Notes: a model not told the origin generated them from the sequence alone. Shown: positions 21,373 through 30,805, counted from the stretch's first letter. The stretch is DNA of 64,000 bases from Ignavibacteriota bacterium (GCA_963701295.1 OY969585.1:3136001-3200000), one strand, 5' to 3'. Made by a program: numbers and translations.

Positions 21373-21486
21373 GCCTAACGGATCGGCTCCCGATAAATCG
21401 GGACGCATCGGGAGTATAGTATTTACTTGTTGAGCTTGCGAAATCCCGCCTTGGCGGGGACTCTTTCCTTTTTAAAATGGTTAGGT
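21373..21486 (-). repeat. attC site replaced internally by an IS110 right-end remnant
   Basis: CGCATCGGGAGTATA.TATTTACTTG...ACTCTTTCCTTTTTAAA.TGG matches 28935-28981. Confidence 0.8.
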
Positions 21487-21496
21487 TGCAATTATT

Positions 21497-22720
21497 TCAC
21501 TTGAGCAAAACCAATTTTTTCGTCTGAGTGAATGAGCCAGCCTGCAAACGATAAAAATATACTCCACTTGGAAGATTGGCAGCATTAAATCTGATAGAAC
21601 ATGTGCCTGCCTGCTGACGTTCGTTGACCAACGTCTTTAATTCCTTTCCAAGTACATCGTAAACTTTCAACGTGATAAAATTAATTATTGGTAATTGATA
21701 ACGTATCACAGTCGTTGGATTAAAAGGATTCGGAAAATTTTGCTCGAGCGTGTACACTTGTGGTAATAATGATTTGTTATTATTAACGCCTGTAATCATA
21801 TCCGACAGTGGCCGTCGCCACGCGCCGGTGGCAGTGCCTGCGACAATAGTGTTGTTGCTTATGGCAAGTGCATATAGGTTTTTATCAGTCAAGCCGGAAT
21901 TGACGGCAACCCAATTACTCCCGCTGTTAGTCGAAAGAAAAACGCCGCCGCCATTAGTGCCTGCAAAAATATTACCGTCGATAACGGCGAAACCATAAAC
22001 ATAGTTGTTCAAGACGGCAGTCCAATTACTCCCGCTGTTAGTCGAACGATAAGCGTTGCCGTTCTGTGTACCTGCAAAAATAGTACTGTCGCTGATGGCA
22101 AGAGCATAAACATCATTGTTGATCAAGGCGGTGGCAGTCCAGCTCGTGCCGCTGTTAGTCGAAAGATAAACCCCGCCATATGTACCTGCAAAAATACTAC
22201 TTCCGTTGATGGCAAAAGCACCAACATCTTTGCTGGTCAGGCCGGAATCGATGGAAGTCCAGCTCGTACCACTGGTAGTCGAAAGAAAAACGCCACCGCC
22301 CCAAGTGCCTGCAAAAATATTACTGCCACTGACGGCAAGAGCATAAACATCGGTGTTGGTCAAACCTTTATTAACGGCAGTCCAGCTAGTACCACTGTTA
22401 GTCGAAATATAAACGCCGTCAGAAGTGCCTGCAAAAATATTACTGTCGATGACGGCAAGAGCACTAATATCAGTGTTGGCCAAGGTGGAATCGACGAGAG
22501 TCCAGCTCGTACCACTGTTAGTCGAAAGATAAACGCCGCCGGCATAAGTGCCTGCAAAAATATCACCGTTGATGACGGCAAAACTTCTAACACCGCCAGC
22601 ACTGCCGCTTATGCCACTGCATTGAACCCATTGGGCGTAGAGTGAATTCGCACTATTGAATAGGTAAAATGCCATAAATAGGAATCCGCCTCTGTGGATA
22701 TATCGTAAAATATCTTTCAT
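21497..22720 (-). CDS. T9SS-secreted beta-propeller repeat protein
   Basis: Repeated IFAGT..GV.LSTNSGTSW; QNFPNPFNP CTD; start taken at MKDILRY. Confidence 0.88.
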   Translation of the reverse strand: MKDILRYIHRGGFLFMAFYLFNSANSLYAQWVQCSGISGSAGGVRSFAVINGDIFAGTYAGGVYLSTNSGTSWTLVDSTLANTDISALAVIDSNIFAGTSDGVYISTNSGTSWTAVNKGLTNTDVYALAVSGSNIFAGTWGGGVFLSTTSGTSWTSIDSGLTSKDVGAFAINGSSIFAGTYGGVYLSTNSGTSWTATALINNDVYALAISDSTIFAGTQNGNAYRSTNSGSNWTAVLNNYVYGFAVIDGNIFAGTNGGGVFLSTNSGSNWVAVNSGLTDKNLYALAISNNTIVAGTATGAWRRPLSDMITGVNNNKSLLPQVYTLEQNFPNPFNPTTVIRYQLPIINFITLKVYDVLGKELKTLVNERQQAGTCSIRFNAANLPSGVYFYRLQAGSFTQTKKLVLLK

Positions 22721-22758
22721 GGGTCTCTCCTTTTGTGATATAGCCATGTGCAATTGCA

Positions 22759-22914
22759 ACCTAACGGACCGGCGCTAAGCTGCGGCGTTGAAAAGTTTCG
22801 TAATGCAACCAACGAAACAAGTTCATTCAATTAACTTTCAATTAAACACTAAACCTATGCGCGCCATGAATTTTGCAGTGAGCTCATTCCGTCAGCTTGA
22901 GCGCCTGGTTAGGG
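22759..22914 (-). repeat. attC site (156 bp)
   Basis: Consensus arms. Confidence 0.9.
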
Positions 22915-22925
22915 CGCTGGCATTA

Positions 22926-22954
22926 TTGACTTTATGCCAGATATGACATATATT
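22926..22954 (+). promoter_or_regulatory. sigma70-like promoter of the TA cassette with overlapping operator palindrome
   Basis: TTGACT-N17-TATATT; spacer contains TATGCCAGATATGACATA. Confidence 0.65.
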
Positions 22955-22962
22955 GTAAACGT

Positions 22963-23295
22963 ATGAATTATGAAGACAAACCTCTTGTTTGGTTACACGG
23001 TGAAGTAAAAACTCCACCGTTCTCAAAAAATGCTCGCCTTGAAGCTGGCTTTTTATTGAGACAGCTACAAGCGGGAGAAAAGCTAAGTCTCCCCTTCTCA
23101 AGACCGATGCCAGCAATTGGAGCAAGATGCCATGAACTCCGAATTAACGATGAAAATAAAATATGGCGTATCATTTATCGAATTGATTCCGATGCAATAA
23201 TTATTTTAGAAATCTTTCAAAAACAGACACAACAAACACCAAAGAATATTATTGATATCTGTAAACGTCGCTTACGAATATACGACGAATTATAA
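22963..23295 (+). CDS. RelE/ParE-superfamily (HigB/Gp49-like) toxin
   Basis: SRPMP.IG..C.ELRI...WRIIY...F.K.TQ.TP. Confidence 0.88.
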   Translation: MNYEDKPLVWLHGEVKTPPFSKNARLEAGFLLRQLQAGEKLSLPFSRPMPAIGARCHELRINDENKIWRIIYRIDSDAIIILEIFQKQTQQTPKNIIDICKRRLRIYDEL

Positions 23296-23306
23296 GGACA
23301 ACAAAA

Positions 23307-23618
23307 ATGGATAAAGCAAAACAAAAACGTCTTGAATCCGCAGGATGGAAAGTTGGAACAGCAAGCAATTTCCTTAACCTTTCTTCTGAGGAATCTGCAT
23401 ATATCGAACTCAAACTTCAATTAGCAAAGAACCTGCAGAAACGACGTATTGAGAAAAAACTTACACAAATGGCAGTAGCCCGAATGCTTAAATCAAGCCA
23501 ATCGCGTGTAGCAAAAATGGAATCAGGTGATCCGACCGTTTCTATCGACCTACTCATCCGTTCTCTGTTAGCTCTCGGTGCTAAACCAAGAGCGTTATTA
23601 CGAACTATTGCTCAATAA
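23307..23618 (+). CDS. XRE-family HTH antitoxin
   Basis: LTQ..VA..L.SSQSRVAKME; follows the toxin. Confidence 0.88.
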   Translation: MDKAKQKRLESAGWKVGTASNFLNLSSEESAYIELKLQLAKNLQKRRIEKKLTQMAVARMLKSSQSRVAKMESGDPTVSIDLLIRSLLALGAKPRALLRTIAQ

Positions 23619-23634
23619 TTTTTTTCTGCCAGCG

Positions 23635-23847
23635 CCCTAACGGATGGCAACTAAGCTGCGGCGCTGATAATTTTCAATATACACAAAACGAAGTGAGTTC
23701 ATGCTAAAAGTTTATTATTAAACATCTAAACCTCTACGCGCTATGCTTAACGTACCCATTTACCCGCCATGCTTTATCTTTGGGCGGGCGCTCATTCCGT
23801 CAGCTTGCTTGCCCGCCGTCTTGTTGGGCGGGAGCGCCTCGTTACCT
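23635..23847 (-). repeat. attC site with two hairpin insertions and a degenerate R''
   Basis: Consensus arms; inserts at ~23759-23788 and 23808-23832. Confidence 0.8.
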
Positions 23848-23860
23848 GGCGCAAATAATA

Positions 23861-24643
23861 TTATTTCCAGACAGGACAAGCTTTGATCAATTCCTTCCTG
23901 ATTTCGTCATCTTTTATATAGCGTTTAACAAGTTTAGAATAAATGCTAATATCTTTGTAAAAGTAAGATATTCGTGATAAAATCTTCTTGTTCTGGATAT
24001 CATTATCACTAGAAGATAGTTTAAATAAGTCCTTTTGGATTTCATAATCTACAAGGTATACATCCGAATCATACAATGTAGATTCTTCATATTGTGGAAA
24101 TTCATGTTTCCACTTATTAATAAATATTTCCACTTTGCCCCAGATATTGCGATAATCATATTCGAATTTGCTGCTCGAACATAACTCAGGGATATCAGTA
24201 ATATTGACTGACAAAGAAGCATCTTCAAATGGATTAATGTCAAGTTTAATATTATCAGACTTGTTGTCACGAATAAAATATTTTGTTTCTCTTGCGACAA
24301 TTCGAACATTGCATCCAACAGGATATCTTGCATGCAATAATGTTTCCGGAAAACAAGTAAACTGACAATCTGAACGAAGGGCGTATATAATTATTTCAAA
24401 ATGTTTTAATGGTGTTCTGGGAAGAAATGTTTTATCTACTACGTCCACCATCAAACCCAAAAATATTTCGTTTAACGAATCCGATCGAATTGGACCAACA
24501 TATCCAACAACTTTGCCAATAAAAACATATGTGGTCGAATCAAATCTGACAGGCCTTTGTTTTACAATTGAACAGGGAAACACATTAGTCATGTAAATGA
24601 TGGATAATAAGAGAATAAATATCACGATTTTATAAATATTCAT
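23861..24643 (-). CDS. Hypothetical secreted protein
   Basis: Signal-like N-terminus from MNIYK; fills a cassette. Confidence 0.65.
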   Translation of the reverse strand: MNIYKIVIFILLLSIIYMTNVFPCSIVKQRPVRFDSTTYVFIGKVVGYVGPIRSDSLNEIFLGLMVDVVDKTFLPRTPLKHFEIIIYALRSDCQFTCFPETLLHARYPVGCNVRIVARETKYFIRDNKSDNIKLDINPFEDASLSVNITDIPELCSSSKFEYDYRNIWGKVEIFINKWKHEFPQYEESTLYDSDVYLVDYEIQKDLFKLSSSDNDIQNKKILSRISYFYKDISIYSKLVKRYIKDDEIRKELIKACPVWK

Positions 24644-24679
24644 CTTATGTGATCCTTCTAATATTAATTGTTTTGCGCC

Positions 24680-24839
24680 ACCTAACGGATGGCGCATAAG
24701 CTGCGGCGTTGATAACTTTCAATATACTGAAAACGAACAAAGTTTATTCACATCACTATTGCGGAACATATCGGAAGAATATTATTTACTTGTCCGAAGG
24801 ACTCCTTCAGAGACTCTTTCCTTTTTAAAGTGGTTAGCC
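24680..24839 (-). repeat. attC site partly replaced by an IS110 right-end remnant
   Basis: TATTATTTACTTG...ACTCTTTCCTTTTTAAA.TGG|TTAG. Confidence 0.8.
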
Positions 24840-24853
24840 AGCATTTTGAATGC

Positions 24854-25045
24854 TTAAAAAAGTTTCCTTATAAAAACCACAAATAGAATCAATGCGATAA
24901 GAAACAAATAAGAAGCGGGTCGTGCACAATTTATAGTCCACCATATTCCTACACTTTTAGGAACAAAATATCTGGAATCGTTCGGATTATAATAAAATAT
25001 TCCCCACTTCCAGTTGTTGGGTTCATTATGAATGTCGTCATTCAT
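24854..25045 (-). CDS. DUF5808-like small membrane protein
   Basis: WKWGIFYYNPND.R.FVPK..G...TIN. Confidence 0.75.
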   Translation of the reverse strand: MNDDIHNEPNNWKWGIFYYNPNDSRYFVPKSVGIWWTINCARPASYLFLIALILFVVFIRKLF

Positions 25046-25105
25046 GTTCTGATCCTTTTATTGGTGAGTTGTGTGGCCGTTTGTTATGCGCCGCGCAGCC
25101 GTTCA

Positions 25106-25636
25106 TCATTTTCCTTTCCCAGCCTGAGTTGAAGCCATTTCAGGGACGGACAGGATGTCTTCATTCCCAATGTCAATAATGATATTCCACTTCCCATCGA
25201 TTTTCTTGCAGACATCGATCCATCTGTATCCTTTTTCAAGAGACCCCTTCGGGGTGGGTTCGAGCCAGCGGTCTCTGCCTCGTGCGTACGCGAGGTCGCC
25301 CGATGCTGAGATTTCTACCGTATCCACAGTGGTAGTCATACTGTCAGAGCCTACGCTGTCTGCAGCAAACGCTTTCTCGAAGTATTTACGAATGGATTCA
25401 CGACCAACCACCAGTGGTCTATTCTGGTCGATAACAATCGCGTTGGGTGCGAAGAAGTGAACAGTCTTGTCGATGTCCTTCGCTCTCCCTGCGGCCATCA
25501 ACTGAGCTTCGAGGTCACGCACTGCGCTTGCCTCGGCCTGCTTGTCAACGTCCGAAGTCCGAGCGCATCCGACAAGGGGAAGACAAATAACGGAAAGAAG
25601 CGCAAAGACCTTTTGAGCTATCATAATGAGCTCCAT
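25106..25636 (-). CDS. SnoaL/DUF4440 NTF2-like lipoprotein
   Basis: LVGC lipobox; VEISASGDLAY and KK.DGKW. Start placed inside cassette ends GTTATGC (25083) / GCATAAC (25693). Confidence 0.78.
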   Translation of the reverse strand: MELIMIAQKVFALLSVICLPLVGCARTSDVDKQAEASAVRDLEAQLMAAGRAKDIDKTVHFFAPNAIVIDQNRPLVVGRESIRKYFEKAFAADSVGSDSMTTTVDTVEISASGDLAYARGRDRWLEPTPKGSLEKGYRWIDVCKKIDGKWNIIIDIGNEDILSVPEMASTQAGKGK

Positions 25637-25711
25637 TCTTGTTCGATGAATGCCACACAAAACGTCATCAGCGTCGGCTGCGTGGCGCATAACTCTATAA
25701 AAGCGCAAGCG

Positions 25712-25904
25712 GTATAACGGTTGGCAACTAAGCTGCAGCGCTGATAAGTTACAAGTTGCTGAAAACGAAATGAGTTCATACTGATATTTTTATTATTAAG
25801 AACAAAACCTCTGCAAGCCATGCTTAACGTACCGAGCCTGCCCGCCGGAGTTTGCTTTGTAACGTAGGCGGGCTCATTCCGTCAGCTTGAGTTGCTGGTT
25901 ATGT
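25712..25904 (-). repeat. attC site (193 bp) with hairpin insert
   Basis: Consensus arms; CCTGCCCGCC...GGCGGG insert at ~25837-25872. Confidence 0.85.
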
Positions 25905-25914
25905 TGCAATTGTC

Positions 25915-27372
25915 TCATTTGAGCAATATGAGTTTCTTCGTCTCGCTATATGAACCAGCTTGCAACCGATAAAAATAAATTCCACTCGACATATTTGCCG
26001 CAATCCATTGTTTCGTGTAACTTCCGGCTGACATTTCTTCTGAAACAATTGTCGCCACCTCTCTTCCTATCAAATCAAATACTCTTAGTGACACAAACGA
26101 TTTTGTTGGAATGCTAAATGAAATATTTGTAGAAGGATTAAAGGGATTCGGATAATTTTGCAGAAGGGAAAAAGTTTCCGGTGTAACAATGGCTACTCCC
26201 TCAACAGATGTTGGCATATTTGATTTAAGATATGGATAACCATTATTTATGCTTGAATCAATAGACCATACGGTTGTAAAATTCCAACCGTAACCGGTAA
26301 AAGTGGACTGTGATTTCATCTCAGTTGTGGTTTCACCAAATCCATCGACGCCGTTTGATTGGCCGGAGGATGTCACATCCCATAAACAGCTACCAGTGGT
26401 GGAAACGGTTTGATACCCAATCAAGCCGCCAACATGATTCGTACCCGTTGCAGAGCCACTGCTGTAGCAGTGTGTGGCGGTGGAAGAATATTTATTACCC
26501 AGAACATTATCATAATAGCCCCATTGCTCCCCAATCAAACCACCGACAAAAGAACCACCCGTTACAGAACCAATGCTGTAGCAATTCTCAATGGTGGCAG
26601 TACTTTGGTATCCAATCAAGCCACCGATATAAGAACCACCAGTTACAGAGCAACTGCTATAGCAGGTCTGGGCGTCGGCATCAATTTGATTCCCAATCAA
26701 GCCACCGATATAATAAACTCCACCAGTTACAGAACCAGTGCTGGAGCAGTTACTGACGGTGGATTCGAATTCCGACCCAATCAAGCCACCGATATAAGAA
26801 ACACCAGTTACAGAGCCACTGCTGGAGCAGTTACTGACGGTGGATTCGAATTCCGACCCAATCAAGCCACCGATATAAGAAACACCAGTTACAGAGCCAC
26901 TGCTGTGGCAGTTTATAAGAGTCCCACCCGACCCACCGTGATACCCAATTAAACCGCCGACAATATTGTTTCCAATTATCTTTACACTATCGAGCTTTAA
27001 ATTTTTGATTGTTGCCCACCATACCCTTCCAAAAAGACCAATGTAGTTCTTCGTGCTTCGGCTTATAAACAGACCGGTGATTTTATACCCCTGCCCATCG
27101 TATGAGCCATTGAAAAATTTCGTGCTATCTCCAATAGGAGAAAACCCTGCACCACCATCCCAAGAAGAACTTGTTGAGGCATCAATATCCGCTGTCTGAA
27201 TAAAATTCTTGTTCCATAAACTGCTGTCTTGTATAATCCAATAAAGGTTGTTTAATGTCGCAATTTGATAAGGATCGCCTGATGTACCGGATCCTGAAGG
27301 CTGGGTAGCCGTTTGGGAAAATAATGTGCTTGCAAAAAAAAGGAGAGCAAAAACTAATAATAAGTTTTTCAT
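25915..27372 (-). CDS. GLUG-motif T9SS-secreted protein
   Basis: G.GT..DPYQI, repeated GSVTG..YIGGLIG and QNYPNPFNP CTD. Confidence 0.88.
   Translation of the reverse strand: MKNLLLVFALLFFASTLFSQTATQPSGSGTSGDPYQIATLNNLYWIIQDSSLWNKNFIQTADIDASTSSSWDGGAGFSPIGDSTKFFNGSYDGQGYKITGLFISRSTKNYIGLFGRVWWATIKNLKLDSVKIIGNNIVGGLIGYHGGSGGTLINCHSSGSVTGVSYIGGLIGSEFESTVSNCSSSGSVTGVSYIGGLIGSEFESTVSNCSSTGSVTGGVYYIGGLIGNQIDADAQTCYSSCSVTGGSYIGGLIGYQSTATIENCYSIGSVTGGSFVGGLIGEQWGYYDNVLGNKYSSTATHCYSSGSATGTNHVGGLIGYQTVSTTGSCLWDVTSSGQSNGVDGFGETTTEMKSQSTFTGYGWNFTTVWSIDSSINNGYPYLKSNMPTSVEGVAIVTPETFSLLQNYPNPFNPSTNISFSIPTKSFVSLRVFDLIGREVATIVSEEMSAGSYTKQWIAANMSSGIYFYRLQAGSYSETKKLILLK
26740..26901. repeat. Exact 2 x 81-bp in-frame tandem duplication
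   Basis: 26740-26820 is identical to 26821-26901. Confidence 0.9.
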
Positions 27373-27410
27373 AAGTAATTTCCTTTCATTCTTTTGTTAA
27401 GAGCAATTGC

Positions 27411-27600
27411 ACCTAACGGGTGGGCACTAAGCTGCCGCACTGAATACTTTCAAGTTGCTGAAAACGAAACAAGTTTATGCTGATAACGAAATTAATTCCA
27501 CAAATGTTATGAAGTACAAAGAACTTAATAATAAAAACTGAAAACCACCATTCGCCATGCGTAAAGTACCAACGCTCATCCGGTCAGCTTGAGTGCCTGG
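27411..27600 (-). repeat. Long attC interrupted by an IS (its R'' resumes at 28981-28987)
   Basis: ...CAGCTTGAGTGCCTGG | IS | TTAGGC. Confidence 0.9.
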
Positions 27601-27681
27601 ATATTACCAAAAAGGAATCTCCCGATTATGTACATTGATAATTCTCTAGGTCACCAACATCCACAATCTAAGGAGATTCCC

Positions 27682-28683
27682 ATGTATTACTCAGGTATCG
27701 ATTTGCATTCTGATAATTGTTTTATCACCACTGTTGATGACACTGGTGCTGTCATCAAGCGACAACGTGTCGAGAATAACAATGAACGTGTTCTTGATTA
27801 CTTCCACTCTCTGCCCGGTCCTCATCACGCAGTCGTTGAGTCTACCACAGGATGGTACTGGCTCAACGATCTTCTCAGCGATCACGGCATCGAGCTTGTC
27901 CTTGCTCACGCCAAATATCTCAAAGCCATCAGTTATGCTAAAGTTAAAACAGATAAAGTCGATTCGCAAACTCTTGCTCTTCTCTTACGACAGGGACTCA
28001 TTCCACGGGCTCACAAAATCAGCCGAGAACTACGCGGCCTGCGCGATACCATGCGTATTCGTCTACGGCTCGTTCAGCAACGAACTGCCAGTCTTCTGCG
28101 TCTCTACAGTATTCAGACCAAATTTAACGGCTCTGTTCCGGATCCGTATCGTTTTCAACTTGCTGTCTTGCAACATACCAGAGACACTTTTACTGCTCAG
28201 ATCCTCTCGCTGGAAAAATCTCTCCATCCTGTGCTGATTCCCAACGACGATATTCAACGGCTCTTGCACATTCCAGGTATCGGCAAGCTCACCGCATTCA
28301 CGGTGTATCTTGAAATCGACGGCATTGAACGATTCGACTCCGATAAAAAGTTTGTCTCTTACTGCCGACTCGTCCCTGCTGCCGATAACTCCAATCGCTC
28401 TGTGCACCATCGCTCCAGCAAAGACGGCAATAAGTATCTCAAAATCGCCTTCTCCGATGCCGCTGTTCATGCTATTCAGTACTATCCGGAATACAAACGC
28501 TTATTCCAGAAATTAGCTCGTCGCTCCAATGAGGCGACTGCGCGAACCGTCGTTGCCAAAGAACTTGCGAAGATTGTTTACTATGTCTTAAAAAACAAAA
28601 CAATATATAAAGGTCTCAAAGGTCAGCCGATCAGCCGGCATAAATCTCAGCAGTGGCCGCGCCTCTCAAGCCCGCTTTCCTAA
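27682..28683 (+). CDS. IS110-family transposase/recombinase (DEDD RuvC-like)
   Basis: GIDLH, VVEST, KTDKVD, IPGIG and Y..LVP...S; AAGGAG RBS. Confidence 0.93.
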   Translation: MYYSGIDLHSDNCFITTVDDTGAVIKRQRVENNNERVLDYFHSLPGPHHAVVESTTGWYWLNDLLSDHGIELVLAHAKYLKAISYAKVKTDKVDSQTLALLLRQGLIPRAHKISRELRGLRDTMRIRLRLVQQRTASLLRLYSIQTKFNGSVPDPYRFQLAVLQHTRDTFTAQILSLEKSLHPVLIPNDDIQRLLHIPGIGKLTAFTVYLEIDGIERFDSDKKFVSYCRLVPAADNSNRSVHHRSSKDGNKYLKIAFSDAAVHAIQYYPEYKRLFQKLARRSNEATARTVVAKELAKIVYYVLKNKTIYKGLKGQPISRHKSQQWPRLSSPLS

Positions 28684-28699
28684 CTGATCCCGACTGCGT

Positions 28700-28900
28700 C
28701 GGGATCGTTCGCTGGATTGGGAAGAGAGTGCGCTGTGCCGTGGTAATATCTGGAACATCTCGCTCGACGAGATACGCTTTCACCATCGTTTCTTCAATGA
28801 GTGAATGTAAATCCGTAAACTGGTTTGGACGGCATTGCTCTGGTAATCGCCTGTCTATTCGATAGAGAACGCGGCATCGGCACGGATTCGGTCGTCCTTA
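28700..28900 (+). ncRNA. Putative bridge/seekRNA of the IS
   Basis: Hairpin-rich; contains matches to both IS ends and a 6-nt match to the attC target; boundaries approximate. Confidence 0.65.
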
Positions 28901-28981
28901 ATGTTAAAGAACTCTGCATTCCGATTGCGCGGAACGCATCGGGAGTATATTATTTACTTGACTCTTTCCTTTTTAAACTGG

Positions 28982-29401
28982 TTAGGCGGCATTAATACAT
29001 AAAGATTTTTTACGAATCATAATGATAACCAATTTCTGTCGCTGAATAATGCTACCAAATAAGTACGCGATAGAAGGAAGCAACAACAACTGAGAACTAT
29101 ACTGTATAAAAACGTTATCGATAAATTGCGCTCGGACTATCAAGAAACAAAATGTAAATGTGATAATCCCATGCCAAGCAATATTCTTTCGTGAACGTTC
29201 TATGACATTTTGAATTGTACCTTTTTGAGCCCACTTTTCTGTGCCCCTTTTTGTGACCCAATGCCGTAACATTCTAATATTTAATTTCTGCCAAAACTTC
29301 TGTTCAATTTCTGTAACCGGTAAACAGATTAAAGGAATAGATATAATTGACAATACTAGGCAAACAATTGATGGAATAAAAAGTATAAACTGAATCTTCA
29401 T
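28982..29401 (-). CDS. Hypothetical membrane protein
   Basis: Three hydrophobic segments; stop codon in R''. Confidence 0.6.
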   Translation of the reverse strand: MKIQFILFIPSIVCLVLSIISIPLICLPVTEIEQKFWQKLNIRMLRHWVTKRGTEKWAQKGTIQNVIERSRKNIAWHGIITFTFCFLIVRAQFIDNVFIQYSSQLLLLPSIAYLFGSIIQRQKLVIIMIRKKSLCINAA

Positions 29402-29428
29402 TTACTTGTCTAGATGTTTTTTAATGCC

Positions 29429-29623
29429 GCCTAACGGACCGGCGCTAAGCTGCGGCATGACAAAACCTCAACCTGCACCCAACGAAACAAGTTTAACCAC
29501 AAAACCAAATTAATAAAAACTAAACCAGCGAGAAACTTAAAACAAACTTAACAAACGTAAACCCACCACGCGCAATGTAAATTGCACTACGCTCACTCCG
29601 TCAGCTTGAGCGCCTGGTTAGGT
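29429..29623 (-). repeat. attC site (195 bp)
   Basis: Consensus arms. Confidence 0.9.
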
Positions 29624-29636
29624 TGCGTTTTGCCGA

Positions 29637-30116
29637 TTACTTTAAAATAAAGATTACAGTTAGCGCTAAAAGAACAAGTGTGATCAAAGTTATTGAAAAA
29701 AAGATATTCATAATGCGACTATGGCTAGATGAATCCTTGGTCATCCTAAGAAGCTCATAAAATACACCACAGTTTTTTATAGATTCTTCAGCAGGTGCAA
29801 TGCCCATTTTAATTTCTAAATTTCGAGCAATATTTTGACAGCCCCTATAAAGTTGGCGAGTCCTGATTTCTAGCAACCAAAATATTATTGTTAGAAAAAC
29901 ACCAATAACAATAACTATCACTAACCATAATCTAGAATTATAGTCTAACGGATTTTTATAAGCCCAATTAAAAGCAATTGCAAGGGCTGCGAGTACTGCT
30001 AAATAACCAGCAAAAAGTTGATGACGCCAGCTTAAGAAATAGCGATGTAATTGACATGCATTTTCATAGGCAACTTTATTAGTTTCAAAAAGGATTTCTT
30101 CCTTGGTTTTGCCCAT
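29637..30116 (-). CDS. Hypothetical 3-TM membrane protein
   Basis: GAGG RBS; three hydrophobic helices. Confidence 0.7.
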   Translation of the reverse strand: MGKTKEEILFETNKVAYENACQLHRYFLSWRHQLFAGYLAVLAALAIAFNWAYKNPLDYNSRLWLVIVIVIGVFLTIIFWLLEIRTRQLYRGCQNIARNLEIKMGIAPAEESIKNCGVFYELLRMTKDSSSHSRIMNIFFSITLITLVLLALTVIFILK

Positions 30117-30188
30117 TTGTTTATCCTCGATAAAGTTAAGACTCTTCAGTTTATTAAAATCGATTTTGAATAACTATTTCAAAACGCA

Positions 30189-30348
30189 ACATAACGGACG
30201 GGCACTAAGCTGCGGCGTTGATAACTTTCGTCATGCAACCAACGAAACAAGTCCCACAACGAAAGTTTTATCATTTGCACCAGACCCTATGCTTAGCCAT
30301 GTTAATTGCACCCAGCTGGCAACCGTCAGCTTGAGTGCCTGGTTAGGC
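30189..30348 (-). repeat. attC site (160 bp)
   Basis: Consensus arms. Confidence 0.9.
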
Positions 30349-30648
30349 TATTGTTACTTTGTTGTACAAACTTTCTTCATAGACAAAATATTCCGACTCT
30401 TTCATAACTCGAATTTTTCTGAGCACAGGCAGCGCATCACCGAGATGCTTTTTGGAACTTAACTTGCACTGCTTTTTTATTCTCGTTCAAATCAAAACTT
30501 GTTGACAACGTAACCGTATAGAAAGCAACCAACATTTTAGTCTGCACTTCGCCCTTAGAAACTTTTGCCAGTAGAAAGAAATATAAAACCCAAATAGGTA
30601 ACCACAATACTTTAAAACACAACTCACACAAAGCGCGCTGCCTGTGCA
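30349..30648 (-). ncRNA. ORF-less structured cassette, family copy A
   Basis: 13-bp stem 30423-30435 / 30635-30647; homologous to copies B and D; strand inferred. Confidence 0.6.
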
Positions 30649-30805
30649 GCCTAACGATTGGCAACTAAGCTGCGGCGTTGATAATTACGAGTCATGCAAT
30701 CAACGAAACGAGCCACACGTCTTTCGCGCCATAAAAATAACGTGTGTTTAGCGCCATGAATTTACCACCAACGCTCCAACCGTCAGCTTGAGTTGCTGGT
30801 TATGT
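30649..30805 (-). repeat. attC site (157 bp)
   Basis: Consensus arms. Confidence 0.88.

Larger units (their letters stand above)
27601..28981 (+). mobile_element. IS110-family (IS1111-type) element inserted in attC
   Basis: CTGG core at both junctions; sub-terminal IRs AAAAAGGAA (27609-27617) / TTCCTTTTT (28966-28974); ~300-bp non-coding region after the transposase. Confidence 0.9.

Noticed and set aside
30103-30462. Short ORFs crossing attC sites (also 13335, 17031, 22892, 23780, 34766)
   Set aside because: Similar peptides (ALSC.../SLSAWLG) are just translations of the repeat.
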